The notes below the pieces were generated by a model. That model was given only the letters and a program-made list of their open reading frames with translations. It made no database searches and had not been told where the DNA came from. From NCBI GenBank assembly GCA_009859145.1, contig VRVR01000029.1, forward strand, positions 62,001 through 126,000: DNA of 64,000 nt. The letters run 5' to 3'. Every line of letters starts with the position of its first letter. Positions within the stretch are counted from its first letter, which is position 1. Of the stretch, positions 10,191-21,200 are shown in pieces. Source of the DNA: Andalucia godoyi And28 (taxonomy: Eukaryota; Protista; Jakobida). The translations under genes were made by a program, and so were the position numbers.

Positions 10191-12149
10191 ATGGAAGAAG
10201 TGCAGACGTGGTTCACAGATGCGTGCGAATACTATGAAGCAGGGCTTGTGGAAGATTGTGTGGAGTGTGTTGTGGCTGCGGAAGCGTTGCTCTTAGACGT
10301 GATCGCTTCGACGATGTCTGAGCCTTCAATTCTTTCTGTTCTGAATGATCTTTATGTGTCTCTACTTTGCTTGCATGCGCGGTGCTTGTTTGAATTGTCG
10401 CCCGGAACCGCACTCAGTTTGCTTCTTCATGCGCGGCGCATTCATTCCTCCCATGCTCTCGTCTACGTCTGTCTTGGCGCGTTTTTCGAGTACCACCGCC
10501 TGTTCAGTTCTGCTCAGGAGTGCTTTGCCAGAGCCACTGCAATTACAAATGATCAGCACTGTGTTTCTAGTCGATGGTTTTCAGTCGGATTTAGGGGGAT
10601 CAGTAGCCAGGATGCGCAGTCGATGCGCATGGCTTCCGAAGCCGTCCGCTTTGCAATGCCCTTTACTGCCAAAGAGATGATTCATCGTCTTCAGCACCGA
10701 AGAACGTATGGGGATTTATATGCGTTTCGATCGTTGGAAAATGCATGCTTGTTTCAGCCCATTGTTTTGGAGGGCGGTGTCCCGCTTGGGCTACATGCAA
10801 CATCCAGCGTTCGTCGGTCACTGCAGCTTCTTTCGACAGCAAGCGTGCGGTACATGAAGCGAGAATTCTTGACCGACGACGCATATGAGGACATTCGACG
10901 GCAGTCCCATATTTTGCTGTCGCACACTCTGACTCCGGATCTATGCGAACAGATGATCGTCCTTCATGCTTTCCGGTGGTCGGATTCCGCACTCACGGAA
11001 GATCTCTTTCCAAAGCGAGGGACCTTTCGAAGCTGGTCACTTGATCGCATATTCTACAGCATTCGGTACCTGAAATCTCTCAAGAATTTGACCGCAAACA
11101 AGGAGGCGCTCTCTCGCTGTCGTGCTGTGCTTCGTGACTTACCAGCAGGAACCGCTCGAGAGGCGTTCTCACTGTTGCTAATGCGTCTGTACATGCAGTC
11201 CGGAGATTTGGATCCTGTTCGAGACTGGATGCTCTCGGCTGAAGAGACCGCAGCGTACGAAACGGCAGAATCCAGGATGCTTCGATTGTTCTACAATGCG
11301 AAGTTGCAGTTTTTAACTGGAAGATTCGTCGAATTGCGAGATAGGGTTTCCCATCTGCTTGCGGAATGGATCAGCCATGATCCGTGGTTGCTTCTCAAAA
11401 CAGTGCGGATGCTTTTGCGAGCGGTCACTGCGAAGGCGCAACACGACCTGGTGTCGTACATTGCGGTTCGCATTTGGCGCCTACCAGATGGCTCATTTGG
11501 ATTGTTTCCAACCGCTGACTTTACACGAGCATTTGCTTCGTTTCGATTCATTCGAGCGGATCACATCTTGAATCATTTTCTGTCCATGACGCTTGCGCTT
11601 TCTGCGGCCGCGGCTGCTGCGACGGACTCGCCCACGCTGCTGGACATGAGCGTGGTGAAAACGTTTGCTGACAAGATCACGCTGACGTTGTCCAAGAATC
11701 CGCAGTTCGAATCCGATCCTCGATTTCCCATATTTTACGAGTTTTACCGAGATTTCAATCGTCTGATGAAGTTGCAGAGTAGCAACGATGACCTTGTCGA
11801 GCGGACCGTTCAGCTTCTACGGCGCATGGGCTGGAGTCAGGACCGTTCTTCGCTGCTGCCTCTGCATGAAAATGCCACAATTTCCTTGGATAAGGTGCAG
11901 CTCCAGCGACGCACAGCTGCTTCCTATATTCTTTCCCGACTGGATCGACCTCGCCATGCCGACCATGCGGACCACCCGCACCCCGACTGGTTCATCCCTT
12001 TCCTGCTGAGTGTGAAGTTGCTTCTCGAGTCTGGAAGCAACGTGTTTGCAGGAAGCATCCAGTCCGTAGGAGATGTCGAAAAGTGGGCGTCTACTGCATC
12101 CCAAGAGGCGTTTCTGGGACTGCTCACCATCATCAAGAATACCCGCTAA
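10191..12149 (+). CDS. Hypothetical alpha-solenoid protein with TPR-like N-terminus
   Basis: 652-aa ORF. The segment ALSLLLHARRIHSSHALVYVCLGAFFEYHRLFSSAQECFARA is TPR-like. Family not recognised. Confidence 0.65.
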   Translation: MEEVQTWFTDACEYYEAGLVEDCVECVVAAEALLLDVIASTMSEPSILSVLNDLYVSLLCLHARCLFELSPGTALSLLLHARRIHSSHALVYVCLGAFFEYHRLFSSAQECFARATAITNDQHCVSSRWFSVGFRGISSQDAQSMRMASEAVRFAMPFTAKEMIHRLQHRRTYGDLYAFRSLENACLFQPIVLEGGVPLGLHATSSVRRSLQLLSTASVRYMKREFLTDDAYEDIRRQSHILLSHTLTPDLCEQMIVLHAFRWSDSALTEDLFPKRGTFRSWSLDRIFYSIRYLKSLKNLTANKEALSRCRAVLRDLPAGTAREAFSLLLMRLYMQSGDLDPVRDWMLSAEETAAYETAESRMLRLFYNAKLQFLTGRFVELRDRVSHLLAEWISHDPWLLLKTVRMLLRAVTAKAQHDLVSYIAVRIWRLPDGSFGLFPTADFTRAFASFRFIRADHILNHFLSMTLALSAAAAAATDSPTLLDMSVVKTFADKITLTLSKNPQFESDPRFPIFYEFYRDFNRLMKLQSSNDDLVERTVQLLRRMGWSQDRSSLLPLHENATISLDKVQLQRRTAASYILSRLDRPRHADHADHPHPDWFIPFLLSVKLLLESGSNVFAGSIQSVGDVEKWASTASQEAFLGLLTIIKNTR

Positions 12150-12493
12150 TGATGCGGCAGCTCTGCATTCCAAAGAGAAGAGCCGAGACCGCGAAAGCGG
12201 CTGTACTCTGTCTCTTTCTCTCGTTTTCTTTTGCGGAAACGTACTCGGAAAACTTTCCAGCTGCCTGTTTCGTCCCGTATATTTGTGTGCTTTGTAGGAA
12301 TATATAGTACATGCTGTTATATACATATACACAATCGCTCTGCTGCACTAACGCAGTCAACAACACATGACTTAAAGAATTTATTTCTTCTTCTTGTGTT
12401 TCAGTTGATTACCGGTCTTCTTCTTCATCTTTCTTTTTCTCTTTTTTCATCCGTGGCTTTCCCACCTTTTCGGTCTCGCTCTGGCGCCCTTTC

Positions 12494-14629
12494 ATGAGGA
12501 GCATTTTGAACATAGTGACTGGTGCGCAGCGGATGCCCCGGGTGTCATCTTCTCCGCGACTCCCATTGTATGAGAGTCCATTCAAGAACTCGCGGCCTCG
12601 TCACTCTTTTGCAAATTCGTCGTCGGTTGCGTTCTGCATTGGAACTCTGATTCTAGTGTATTTGCTCGTCTTTCAATCTTCCGACACGGAGGTTCCACAA
12701 GTACCACCAATTGCTGACTTCGGCAATGCGGTCGTGGACAGCATTCAAATGTCGGACCACATCCATGTACTTGATAATCCAAATCGAGATTCGCAGTTTC
12801 TAAAGCTGACAGTCGATTCGGTCTGCATGGCGTATCCCACTGCCGAGATCATGGTCCACTCTCCTCCGCGGCGAACCGGGAACGATTGGTTTTCGTATTG
12901 CAACGTCTCTATTTTTGAGTATCATTCCGACGTGTTTTTCAGAAAAGCCCTCAGAAAGGTCGTTGCAGATATGGTGCTTCATGGTGGGTTGTTCGTGTAC
13001 GCAGGAAATGTGCTGCAGAGACCATTCCAGGGAGAGTATCCATTTGTTCTAAAATATTCCATCAAGTCGGAAACTGCAAAAGGACTGGATTGCGCTGACT
13101 GTTTCTACTATTCGAAACACTGGGGGAATACCAGTGCGATTGTCTACCCATCTGTTTTTCGATCATATGCCATGCATCCGTTTCTAAGGACGTTGTTGTT
13201 CCGGTTAATGACAACTTACCCCATCTCCTTTGACGATTTCGTCTCCGAGTTCAACGTAGCCACGTTTTTCATGCGCGACCGGATCCTCTTGTTGGATGAA
13301 TGGCTTATGAATCCTTTCCGTAATGACGCCCCATTTATCCAGCAAGCAATTGCTTCTGCGGATCTTGTGTATTACACGAGTATGATTCGCAAGCATTTCT
13401 ACGGGGTGTACATTCCGGACACTGTGAATACTCCACCGTATCAAGCCAACTCCATCATGGGATACATCACGCAGAATCTTCCGTCCGTCGGTCTTCGTGA
13501 CAGAATCCGAGGTGACTCCAAGGTCCCGACCCTCATGCTGCATCCCGAAAGATACATTGTTTCCCAGAACGAGAGACTTGATCTCTGGATCATGCCTACT
13601 CTGGACAAATCGAACCTCGAACTGCGAATTCGCATCTCTGCTGTTTGCTGCATCCCCATCTCGGGGCATTATGAAAGGTCTATCAGAGGAAGTGTATCGC
13701 AAATCAGACACGCGACAAATTCAATGACAGTCGCGGACTTTTGCTATTCTATCCAACGAGAAAGCGATGATTGCGAAGACATTCTCGAGTTCCGGTTGAT
13801 GTCGAAGGGCAATTTGATTGCATCCTCGCAAGCTCATGTTTTTGCCTACCACATTCCATCTCTCGTGACCATCGTAACTTTTTCATATGGCGGCGCTGGC
13901 TTCGTGAATCAGCTCATGAAATCCGCAGCATCATTTTATCCCAGTACGAAAGTCGTTGTGGGTTACGAGTGCGAATGTCCGTCGTGCTGCGGAACTCTCG
14001 AATCGCGTGCACGGTCGTCTGTGTCGATTTCGTATGTTCCGGTTGGAACTGGGGTTTCAAAAGGCAGAAACATTGTTCTGTCCCGTGTTACCACCCCCTT
14101 CTTCTATGTGGTTGACGACGATATTGTGTTCTCGCGTCGGACGTGCCTGGAGTGCCTCATTCATCATTTAAAGTGGACTCCGGGTGCTTCCATCGCGTCC
14201 TCCCGTGTCTTTACAGACTGGTTTCGACTGGGCTATGACTATGCCGGGAGCTTTCGCCGATCTCCACTTGGACATCTTAAGCTTGACAAAGGTTCAAAAG
14301 GCACTTCTCAAGACTGCCGAATTGTCGAGTTTTCCAATCACATTTTTATGGGAATCACGGCGGTGTTCCAGAGTGAACTCTCGTGGGATATCGATCTGAA
14401 GATGTCAGAAAAGATCGAATTGTTTTATCGGGCCAAGAAACTTGGGCATGCTGTGCTAGCCTGCCCCGATTCTGCAGTGTCGCGCCAGTGGCCCACGTCA
14501 CAATCGGAATCCGAAATGTCCTTGCAGGACCGCATTCCTGCGTATTTAACCGACGAGGATTGGTACTCCAATCTGTCTCTTGCCAAGATGAACTGCACAC
14601 GACTCATTGTCAACCTCCGGAATGTCTAA
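12494..14629 (+). CDS. Type II membrane glycosyltransferase with C-terminal GT2 (B4GALNT-like) domain
   Basis: Single N-terminal TM (VAFCIGTLILVYLLVF). GRNIVLSRVTTPFFYVVDDDIVF is a GT-A fold DxD-type motif, and further GT2-like segments follow (EKIELFYRAK). Confidence 0.75.
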   Translation: MRSILNIVTGAQRMPRVSSSPRLPLYESPFKNSRPRHSFANSSSVAFCIGTLILVYLLVFQSSDTEVPQVPPIADFGNAVVDSIQMSDHIHVLDNPNRDSQFLKLTVDSVCMAYPTAEIMVHSPPRRTGNDWFSYCNVSIFEYHSDVFFRKALRKVVADMVLHGGLFVYAGNVLQRPFQGEYPFVLKYSIKSETAKGLDCADCFYYSKHWGNTSAIVYPSVFRSYAMHPFLRTLLFRLMTTYPISFDDFVSEFNVATFFMRDRILLLDEWLMNPFRNDAPFIQQAIASADLVYYTSMIRKHFYGVYIPDTVNTPPYQANSIMGYITQNLPSVGLRDRIRGDSKVPTLMLHPERYIVSQNERLDLWIMPTLDKSNLELRIRISAVCCIPISGHYERSIRGSVSQIRHATNSMTVADFCYSIQRESDDCEDILEFRLMSKGNLIASSQAHVFAYHIPSLVTIVTFSYGGAGFVNQLMKSAASFYPSTKVVVGYECECPSCCGTLESRARSSVSISYVPVGTGVSKGRNIVLSRVTTPFFYVVDDDIVFSRRTCLECLIHHLKWTPGASIASSRVFTDWFRLGYDYAGSFRRSPLGHLKLDKGSKGTSQDCRIVEFSNHIFMGITAVFQSELSWDIDLKMSEKIELFYRAKKLGHAVLACPDSAVSRQWPTSQSESEMSLQDRIPAYLTDEDWYSNLSLAKMNCTRLIVNLRNV

Positions 14630-14651
14630 GTCGCCTACGTTGTACAGTAAC

Positions 14652-14810
14652 CGCGGATAATCATCGCTGATCACCCATAATCAATGTTGCAGCCCAACAA
14701 CATGCATAACATGATTGGGAAGGGGGTAGGCCCCCAACTCGCCCCTCGGCATGAGAGACGTTCTTACGAGAGATGCAGATGTTGCGAGCGCCGTTCCAAT
14801 CGCGGTCGAT
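14652..14810 (-). ncRNA. Putative Fanzor2 omega/fRNA scaffold of copy B plus guide (14671-14652)
   Basis: GTTGGGGGCCTACCCCCTTCCC matches copy A GTTGGGGCCTATACCCTTCCC and forms the hairpin GGGGG-CCTA-CCCCC. An imperfect inverted repeat lies at 14674-14719. Terminal TGGGTG resembles TAGGCG of family 1. Confidence 0.5.
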
Positions 14811-15328
14811 CGTGCATTTGCACGATGGGCAACAAAACACACCTTGTTTCCACACAACTTGCAATGGATTTTCCCCGCATTTAGATGTGCACTCCTCCGT
14901 CACAAGTCACAGTCGACACCTGCCGCCCCGCGAATTCGCGCGATTTTTGCAGAGCAGCCACTGCTGGAATTGATAATGGCCCCGTGTCAACATCTGCCAC
15001 GCAGTTGTTGCCTTGGCGATCTTTCCTGGCAGCGGCCCAGCGCCGGATGGTGGCGGTGGAGATTGTCATGAGTCTTGTGCAGCGTTGCGGGCGTGACGTA
15101 CATGCTGCGTTGCATGGACAATAAGAATAAGAAATAAGCGTCGCTGTGCGAGAATGCAACGCGGTGGCGCATTTATGTAGAGATTTCATGATCAAAATGG
15201 GGCGAAACGAATCGGGCATCGTGTGGACGGAGTTGTTAAGATGACAAACGCATGCGCATGGCGCGTGGTAGTGTTTTTGTTTGCGTGCGCTTGAGATTGC
15301 TTCGTCATATCGCAATAAGTGACAACGG
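14672..15328 (-). mobile_element. Internally deleted IS607 element (TnpA 5' fragment + Fanzor2 3' half), family 2, copy B
   Basis: Left end 15117-15328 is shared with 34961-35103. ATG 15115 gives MQRSMYVTPATLHKTHD/ISTATIRRWAAA/GKI, an IS607 TnpA HTH with two frameshifts. This is fused to KATTAWQMLTRGHYQFQQWLL...*LVTEECTSKCG...FCCPSCKCTIDRDWNGARNI (Fanzor2 RuvC-II, Zn finger, RuvC-III). Confidence 0.9.
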
Positions 15329-15414
15329 TACGGGTTTGGCTTTTTTCATTGTTGTAAATTTATTGAAGCTTTGGTATGACTCGGCGGCTTGGGGGGACAA
15401 AGATCACGAGTCCT

Positions 15415-15744
15415 CCGCTCGCCAGAACATGAACCATTATTGATCATCGGGCTAAGCTGTCACTGAAGACAGATCCAGTTTGGGGAGAACACCAGCTCTT
15501 GGATGCAGACTGCTCTGCATCAAAGGGTCATCGCTTCTTCTTGCTCTCGGCCTCCGACGAGAAGGGGATCAACGGGTTTCTTGGTTCTCGGCATCTTCAG
15601 GCATGGCCGGTGTCAGTTTGTTGAGAAGATCCCTCTTTGGAGCCGTGCGATGTGTATTGTCTCTGATGAAAGGTGTTTGAAGGTTCGATCGTAAAAGACA
15701 AAAACAGAAGAAATATTCGACTTGACTACGGTAAGAAAATCGCG
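15415..15744 (+). mobile_element. Dispersed repeat, family 3, copy G (probable IS607-type non-autonomous element)
   Basis: Three collinear blocks are shared with 61601..61998 (minus strand), including a 33/37-nt identical block at 15707-15743. Homology starts at CCG and ends near CG in both copies. Confidence 0.6.
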
Positions 15745-15953
15745 TCTCCATAAATAGGGTTAGGTGTTAAACAAACCTTTCTGGTATGATGTTGTTTTAG
15801 TTTGTTTGATGTCCAATGCTGATGCGCAAAACGGCCCACCATTTTTCTCTATTGTTTTGCTGTTCTGTCTGCTTGATTCTTTTTGTCATTGCGACATCAT
15901 TCGACAAATACTCATTGTTTCTCTATTGAAGAGAGGAAGGGGGAAAGAAGAGA

Positions 15954-16630
15954 ATGAGCATTAACTCCAAGTCTGTCAACAACCTTCCTTCCACAGACTC
16001 TGTACTCGGTATCACCGTTGCTTCCGGAGTCACCTCGGCACTTATTGGAGGTATGGTTTTTTTACACTTCTCTCTCGCACATCTATTTTTTTTTTCTTTC
16101 GTTCGTTCATTCATGCAGTGTTTTTCAACATTTGCTTTTCCCCTCTGAGATATTGCGTGTCAGTTTCCCCCGTTTCTTATCATCTGTTTTTTTTTCCCCT
16201 TCTGCACTTCTTCTTCTTCTTTGTCCATTTTTTGTGTGGTGGATGCGGAATAGCGATTGCTGGATCTGTGACTGCAGCATGGACTGATGCGCCGGCCGTT
16301 GTGAAAGGCCAGCGATTGCCGGCGATTGCGTCTTCTTTGCGCATCATTGCTTCTCACTCGACGTACTTTGGGCTTTTGGGAACAGCCTTTGCATTTGGCC
16401 AGTCTGCAACGGAGTTCGGCCGCGGCAGAAAGGATGCTTGGAATGGCGTGATCGGAGGTCTTGCAGCGGGCTCGATTGTTGGGTTCCGGGCTGGAAAGCC
16501 AATTGTTGCGCTTGGAGCGGGCGCGGCGTTTGCGGCAATGTCTGTGTTGTACGATCTTTCGTCTGCGTCGTATGGTTCGCATCGTGAGGCTGTGAAGAAG
16601 CTGTTGCACTATGGAGGTGGACAAGAGTAG
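15954..16630 (+). CDS. NDUFA11: Complex I subunit NDUFA11/B14.7 (Tim17 family), two exons (15954-16050, 16254-16630)
   Basis: The GTATGG...TAG intron at 16051-16253 restores ALIGAIAGSVTAAWTDAPAV...LPAIASSLRII...RGRKDAWNGVIGGLAAGS, closely like plant B14.7. Confidence 0.85.
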
Positions 16631-16760
16631 GCATGGCTGGTGCATGGCATTTTTTGACACATAATAAAATAAGACAGCAGCACACGGAAGACGAAGCACG
16701 GGAAGAAGAGGGCTGGAAGGAAGACGAAGGGGAAAAGACACCCCAATCTGTATGTTTATA

Positions 16761-17540
16761 CTATACAAGAAGCACTGCATTCACGCAACCGTCATTTTCC
16801 GGGCTGTTTGTGACCTGTGCGAATTTTCCATAAACAATCTTACCGCCAGGAGTAACGAGGCCCAGGTCAGAAACATCGACCTCAATGATGGTTCCCTTGG
16901 TGAGAGCGCCCAGGGTGGTCATTGTCGTTCCTTGGGGGTTCTTCTTGACACCAAGAATAGGAAGGAAGAAAGTTGCTTTGAGTTCCGGATGCGTGACATG
17001 TGCCTTCTTGACACGGAGACCAGTAGGCCTGATGAATCGTTCATACTTTGGAGGCTTTCTGGTGAAATCTTCGCCGACAAACGTCATCTTGGTGACCATC
17101 CGCTTCCACGACTTCTTCTGTCTCTTTCCGGATTTGAGAACCTTGAGCATCTCGTCTTCCGACATTGGCTTTACTTTGGGAATAGGAACATCCCATTTTC
17201 CAGCACGCTCTTTCCTCTTTTGCTTCACTGTATTGGAGAGAATCTTTGCGCGAGACACGTTTTCACGATCCAAGAGATACGCGGGAACCGCGCCCTCCAT
17301 CTGTGGTTCATTTCGAACAGTCGAATTCCGTTCATCGTGCTCCTTAATCGTCTTCTTCATCGCTGCCTTCTCCTTGTATCGCTTCTGTGCAAACAACTTG
17401 GCTCGAAGTCCATGCACGCGCTGAGCAGTTTCCGACCGCTTGTGCACAAGTCGCGCTTCCCGCTTACGTTCACGCTCAAAATGGTCAAGTCGGTAACCAT
17501 GTTGCTTGATGTGCCGCTCAATATACTCGTTTTGGGGCAT
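16761..17540 (-). CDS. NSA2: Ribosome biogenesis protein NSA2
   Basis: [20 protein letters not shown]...[16 protein letters not shown]...HPELKATF...[11 protein letters not shown], near-canonical sequence. Confidence 0.98.
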   Translation of the reverse strand: MPQNEYIERHIKQHGYRLDHFERERKREARLVHKRSETAQRVHGLRAKLFAQKRYKEKAAMKKTIKEHDERNSTVRNEPQMEGAVPAYLLDRENVSRAKILSNTVKQKRKERAGKWDVPIPKVKPMSEDEMLKVLKSGKRQKKSWKRMVTKMTFVGEDFTRKPPKYERFIRPTGLRVKKAHVTHPELKATFFLPILGVKKNPQGTTMTTLGALTKGTIIEVDVSDLGLVTPGGKIVYGKFAQVTNSPENDGCVNAVLLV

Positions 17541-17746
17541 TCTGACCGACGAAGCTGCACTTGATTATAAACACCCTCCTGCTTACATTCGAAGAAGAAG
17601 GAGAAGAAGAAAAAAGAAAAAAGAAAAAAGAAAAAAGGGAAACAGACGAACTAGAAAACCACCAAGAGCGAATCAGACCGTCGCCATTTCGGACGTCGGA
17701 GAATATTCCTCATATAATAATTATAAAACCCTCCAAATGCCTGGGT

Positions 17747-18040
17747 CATCGGATAGCATGACTGAGTTTTACAGCCGCCGACATTTGCTGCTGAATGAAA
17801 GGCTCCACATTTTTCTTCTGCGGATTGCTGCTACCGGCTGTTGTCGCGACGGCGTAGGAGTGCAGACCGAGGCCCAATGAGAGACACTGTTGAATACTGA
17901 CAACCGATTCCTTGTAATCGATGATGGGCGCTGATGTGGATTGTAAAAGTCACTTTTTACGCCACAAAGTCTGTCTGAGGCGCCGCATGCGAGACAGATT
18001 TTTGCAGAGGTCTCTGAGTTGGAGAGGTAATACTCAATAT
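17747..18040 (-). mobile_element. Fanzor1-like 3' remnant, family 4, copy F
   Basis: Homologous to copy E over about 165 nt (CAGTGTCTCTCATTGGGCCTCG...CGCGACAACAGCC...CAGCAATC.GCAGAAGAAAAA...ATCCGATG). Upstream reads HIEYYLSNSETSAKICLACG, a degenerate RuvC-II/Zn-finger segment. Confidence 0.55.
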
Positions 18041-18299
18041 GTTCCCCCCATCATCAAAAAAGCTTTATAAAAAAGCCACGTTCCCCAAGAAAAACGCCCG
18101 TAGAATCTCTGCCCCATCCTCGGACGACTCATGAGAACTGTGTGAGGCATATTATGTGTGTCAGTGTGACTCCAGCAACAATCTATTGGCTTTCTTCATT
18201 CATTTCCAAAAAGCAAAAACTTCAGCTGCATTTTTCTCTTTTGTTTTCCTTTGCTGCTACTTTCATCCAGCCGACAAAAAGGAACACGCAGCTTCTCGT

Positions 18300-21200
18300 A
18301 TGAATCGACAAGGTCTACGAGAGGGTGTTTCGCCTGATTCGAAGCAAATCAGGCTGTCCAAGCTTCCTCCGGAGCTGTTGAGCAAGCCTGCGCTACTGTC
18401 GTTTCTGTCTCCGCTTGGGAAGGTGGAGTCGATTGATTATGTGGTGCAAGGCATGCAACAGGAGACAGTTGCTTTTGTGAGGTTTTCAACGCATGAAGAA
18501 GCACTGCATGCTTTGATCGCTGCGAGAACCTGGCAGTCGCAGAACGTAATCACGACCGCCTGGGCCAGAAGTCGGAATCCCAACCAGGCGAGGCCACAGC
18601 AGCCGACTGCAGATGTTGTTAATCCTGAGTCTGCCGTACAGCGGTTCCATCAAAATGATCTCAGTGCTCCTCAGTTTCTAATTGGTAGTCAAGCCGGGTT
18701 TGCCGGTCCGCAGCCCCACTATGGATGGGGTCAGCCGCAAGGAATGACACACAGCGAACAGCATTTGGCAGGTTTATCGTCTGGTGCGTATGACATGGCG
18801 GAAGATATGTCCATGGGAATAACATGGGAAGGTGGAAGACGGCAACGCGAGAAGAACGAACCCAGAAGGGACAGGAACAGAACAGCATCGCAGGACGGTG
18901 CTGCAGATCCGGCGTCAATGGGACTGGAGACAGGCAGCCAATCGCACGCATGGGCATCTGCAATCGGGGGTACTGTGTTTGGCTCTTCGGTTCCAGGGGC
19001 TCCGTCTCTTCCCAGCGCTACATTTCCCTCTGCGGCGTCACACAGTGAGTTTCCCATTGGCCGCACATTTCAAAGTGGTCAGCTACTGGAATCCAGTCGA
19101 CAGGACTTACGACGCGGAGCTTCACCTGCTTCCGCTCCACCTCCTTCAGGTCAGACACTCGCGCCTGCGTCTACGTCTGCGTCTGCAGCTGTCTGGACCC
19201 CAGGCTTTGCAAACAATTCCGCAGCGTCGGAATCCCAGCAAATAGACAAGTGGAAAAGCAGGCGGACCCAGATCTCCGATGCTGCGGTGGCGGCTGCACA
19301 GGCACAGGCACAGGTACAGGCACGGGCGTCTCCGTTTGTGACTGGCGGAGAGCAGCTGCAGCCTCCACGGGAACGGAAAGGTCGCGTGCCTGGCGATTTG
19401 CAATCCAAATCGGGAAGAAACATGACCCCACCTCCATTTCTCCCTCAGAATCCTGCGACCGCAAATGCACGGTTGGTGTCATTACCGACGGATGTGTTCG
19501 GTTCCTCCAATGGCGCCGGCCACCTGGAGAATATCTCGTCCTCTTCAGATGACTATCCGGTCGTTGACTGGAAGTCACTTGCTAAGAGCCTACGGGAAGC
19601 TGGTGTTGAAGTGGTATCGTCGGATATGCCGCACAGCAATGCATCGTGTCAGAGCATGTGCTCGCGAGCTGAGATCGACAGGAGACGCGAAAAGCAGGAT
19701 ATTCGAAGGTTTGAGTCCGATCCCAATGTTGGATATGTTCGCAAAGTCGGATGGAAGTTGGATCTGAATCGCATGGTCAAGGCGTACGTTCGATCTGCTG
19801 CTGCTGCGCAGAAAGATCCTTCCGACACGCGTCCCCCATTGGTGATTTTGAAGACTCTTCAGCATTTGGTGAGCGTCTTCCTTACCAACTATGAGGCAGA
19901 TTACTTCCCCTCGCTGGTAGAGTTCATCACTGGTAGCGTGCGAGCATGCCTTGTGGACATCACAGTCCAACGTGCAAATAGTGCTGTTTCGCGCCTGGCT
20001 CTTCGAATTGCTTCTCGTCTCATTCTTGTCGTTCTTTCTCGTTGCCCTGCCATAGAATCGCAGGGGCTATCGCCGAAGCAGGTTCGTGACTTGCTGACCC
20101 AGATATGCGCTTCGTTGGAAGAACAGCAAGACGGGGTCCCGGACTTTGACAGCGAATCGTCAATGTTGTATTCCATGCTGGAATTGTACAAAAGCGAACG
20201 GTTCTTTGCCGTTCGCGTCCAGTCAACATTTCGAAAATTGGACGAACGGTATAGAATGCTGTCTCGTTCACTTTCCGCTGCTATCTTTTCCGGGAATCCG
20301 CATTCCTTGAAAAGCGTCGTTTCGTCTTCGCCAATCGCGATTCAGCTGATATTTCGATGTATTCTTCCGAAGTTGCAGCGGATCGTAAGTGGTCCTGTTC
20401 TTTTTGGTCTTCGAAATCCGACAGCGCCGAATGATGACGCGATTTCCGAGGACTATGCAGCGGAGATCTGCTTTGTGGATCCAAAAGATGTGAAAGACTT
20501 GAGTAGGAAGACACTGATTGATGTGCTAACGCGTGATGCAGACAGTGGCCTGCTTCCGGATCCACTACCCGTGCCAGACAGTCATTGGTTTTTTCGCGGG
20601 TTGGACGGGACAGCAGTAGGCTCTCCTGTCCCATCTGTTTCGTATTCACAGCAAGACGTCGTGCAGGAAGAAAGCCAACCGGAGAATGCCTCTGCTCCCT
20701 CTGCATCGATGCATCTTGAGATTGCGCAGAAGACCAAGGAAGCCGCCCAGGAGGCACATAGACTGAAGCAAATTGAAGAACTGAAGAGACGGATCAAGGA
20801 AAACGAAGATAGGATCCAGGCCGCTGAACACGAACGACATCGTGTCGCCGAGGAAGCCCGAGCTGCAGAGGCTGCACGCTTGTTAGAACGGCAAAAGGAA
20901 ATGCAGGAAGCTGCCAAGCGTCGTCTGGAACGTGAACGTCAGGAAGAATTGGAGCGGGCAAGGCAGCTTGCGCTTCGTAAGAAAAACGAATACATTGCTT
21001 ACCGCGAAGTTCATAATCGCAGGAAATGCTTGCACAATGCCTGGAGCCGCTGGCTGTCAGAACTGGAACATCTGTCGGATTCAAGAGTTCCAAACGTTGT
21101 GTCAAAAGCCGAATCTCAACACGAGTCAACCTCACCAGAAGCCGAGTCTGAACCGTTCAGTCTGTTCGAAGGCGAGATGAATGCGTTTACGGACAGTATT

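Noticed and set aside
15415-15480. Apparent synonymous-site bias in a frame ARQ[NS]MNHYWSSAKLS shared by copies G and H
   Set aside because: Too few sites to be meaningful, and the region is better explained as a non-coding element left end.
15755-15764. TAGGGTTAGG telomere-like sequence
   Set aside because: Fewer than two full repeats, so not an interstitial telomeric array.
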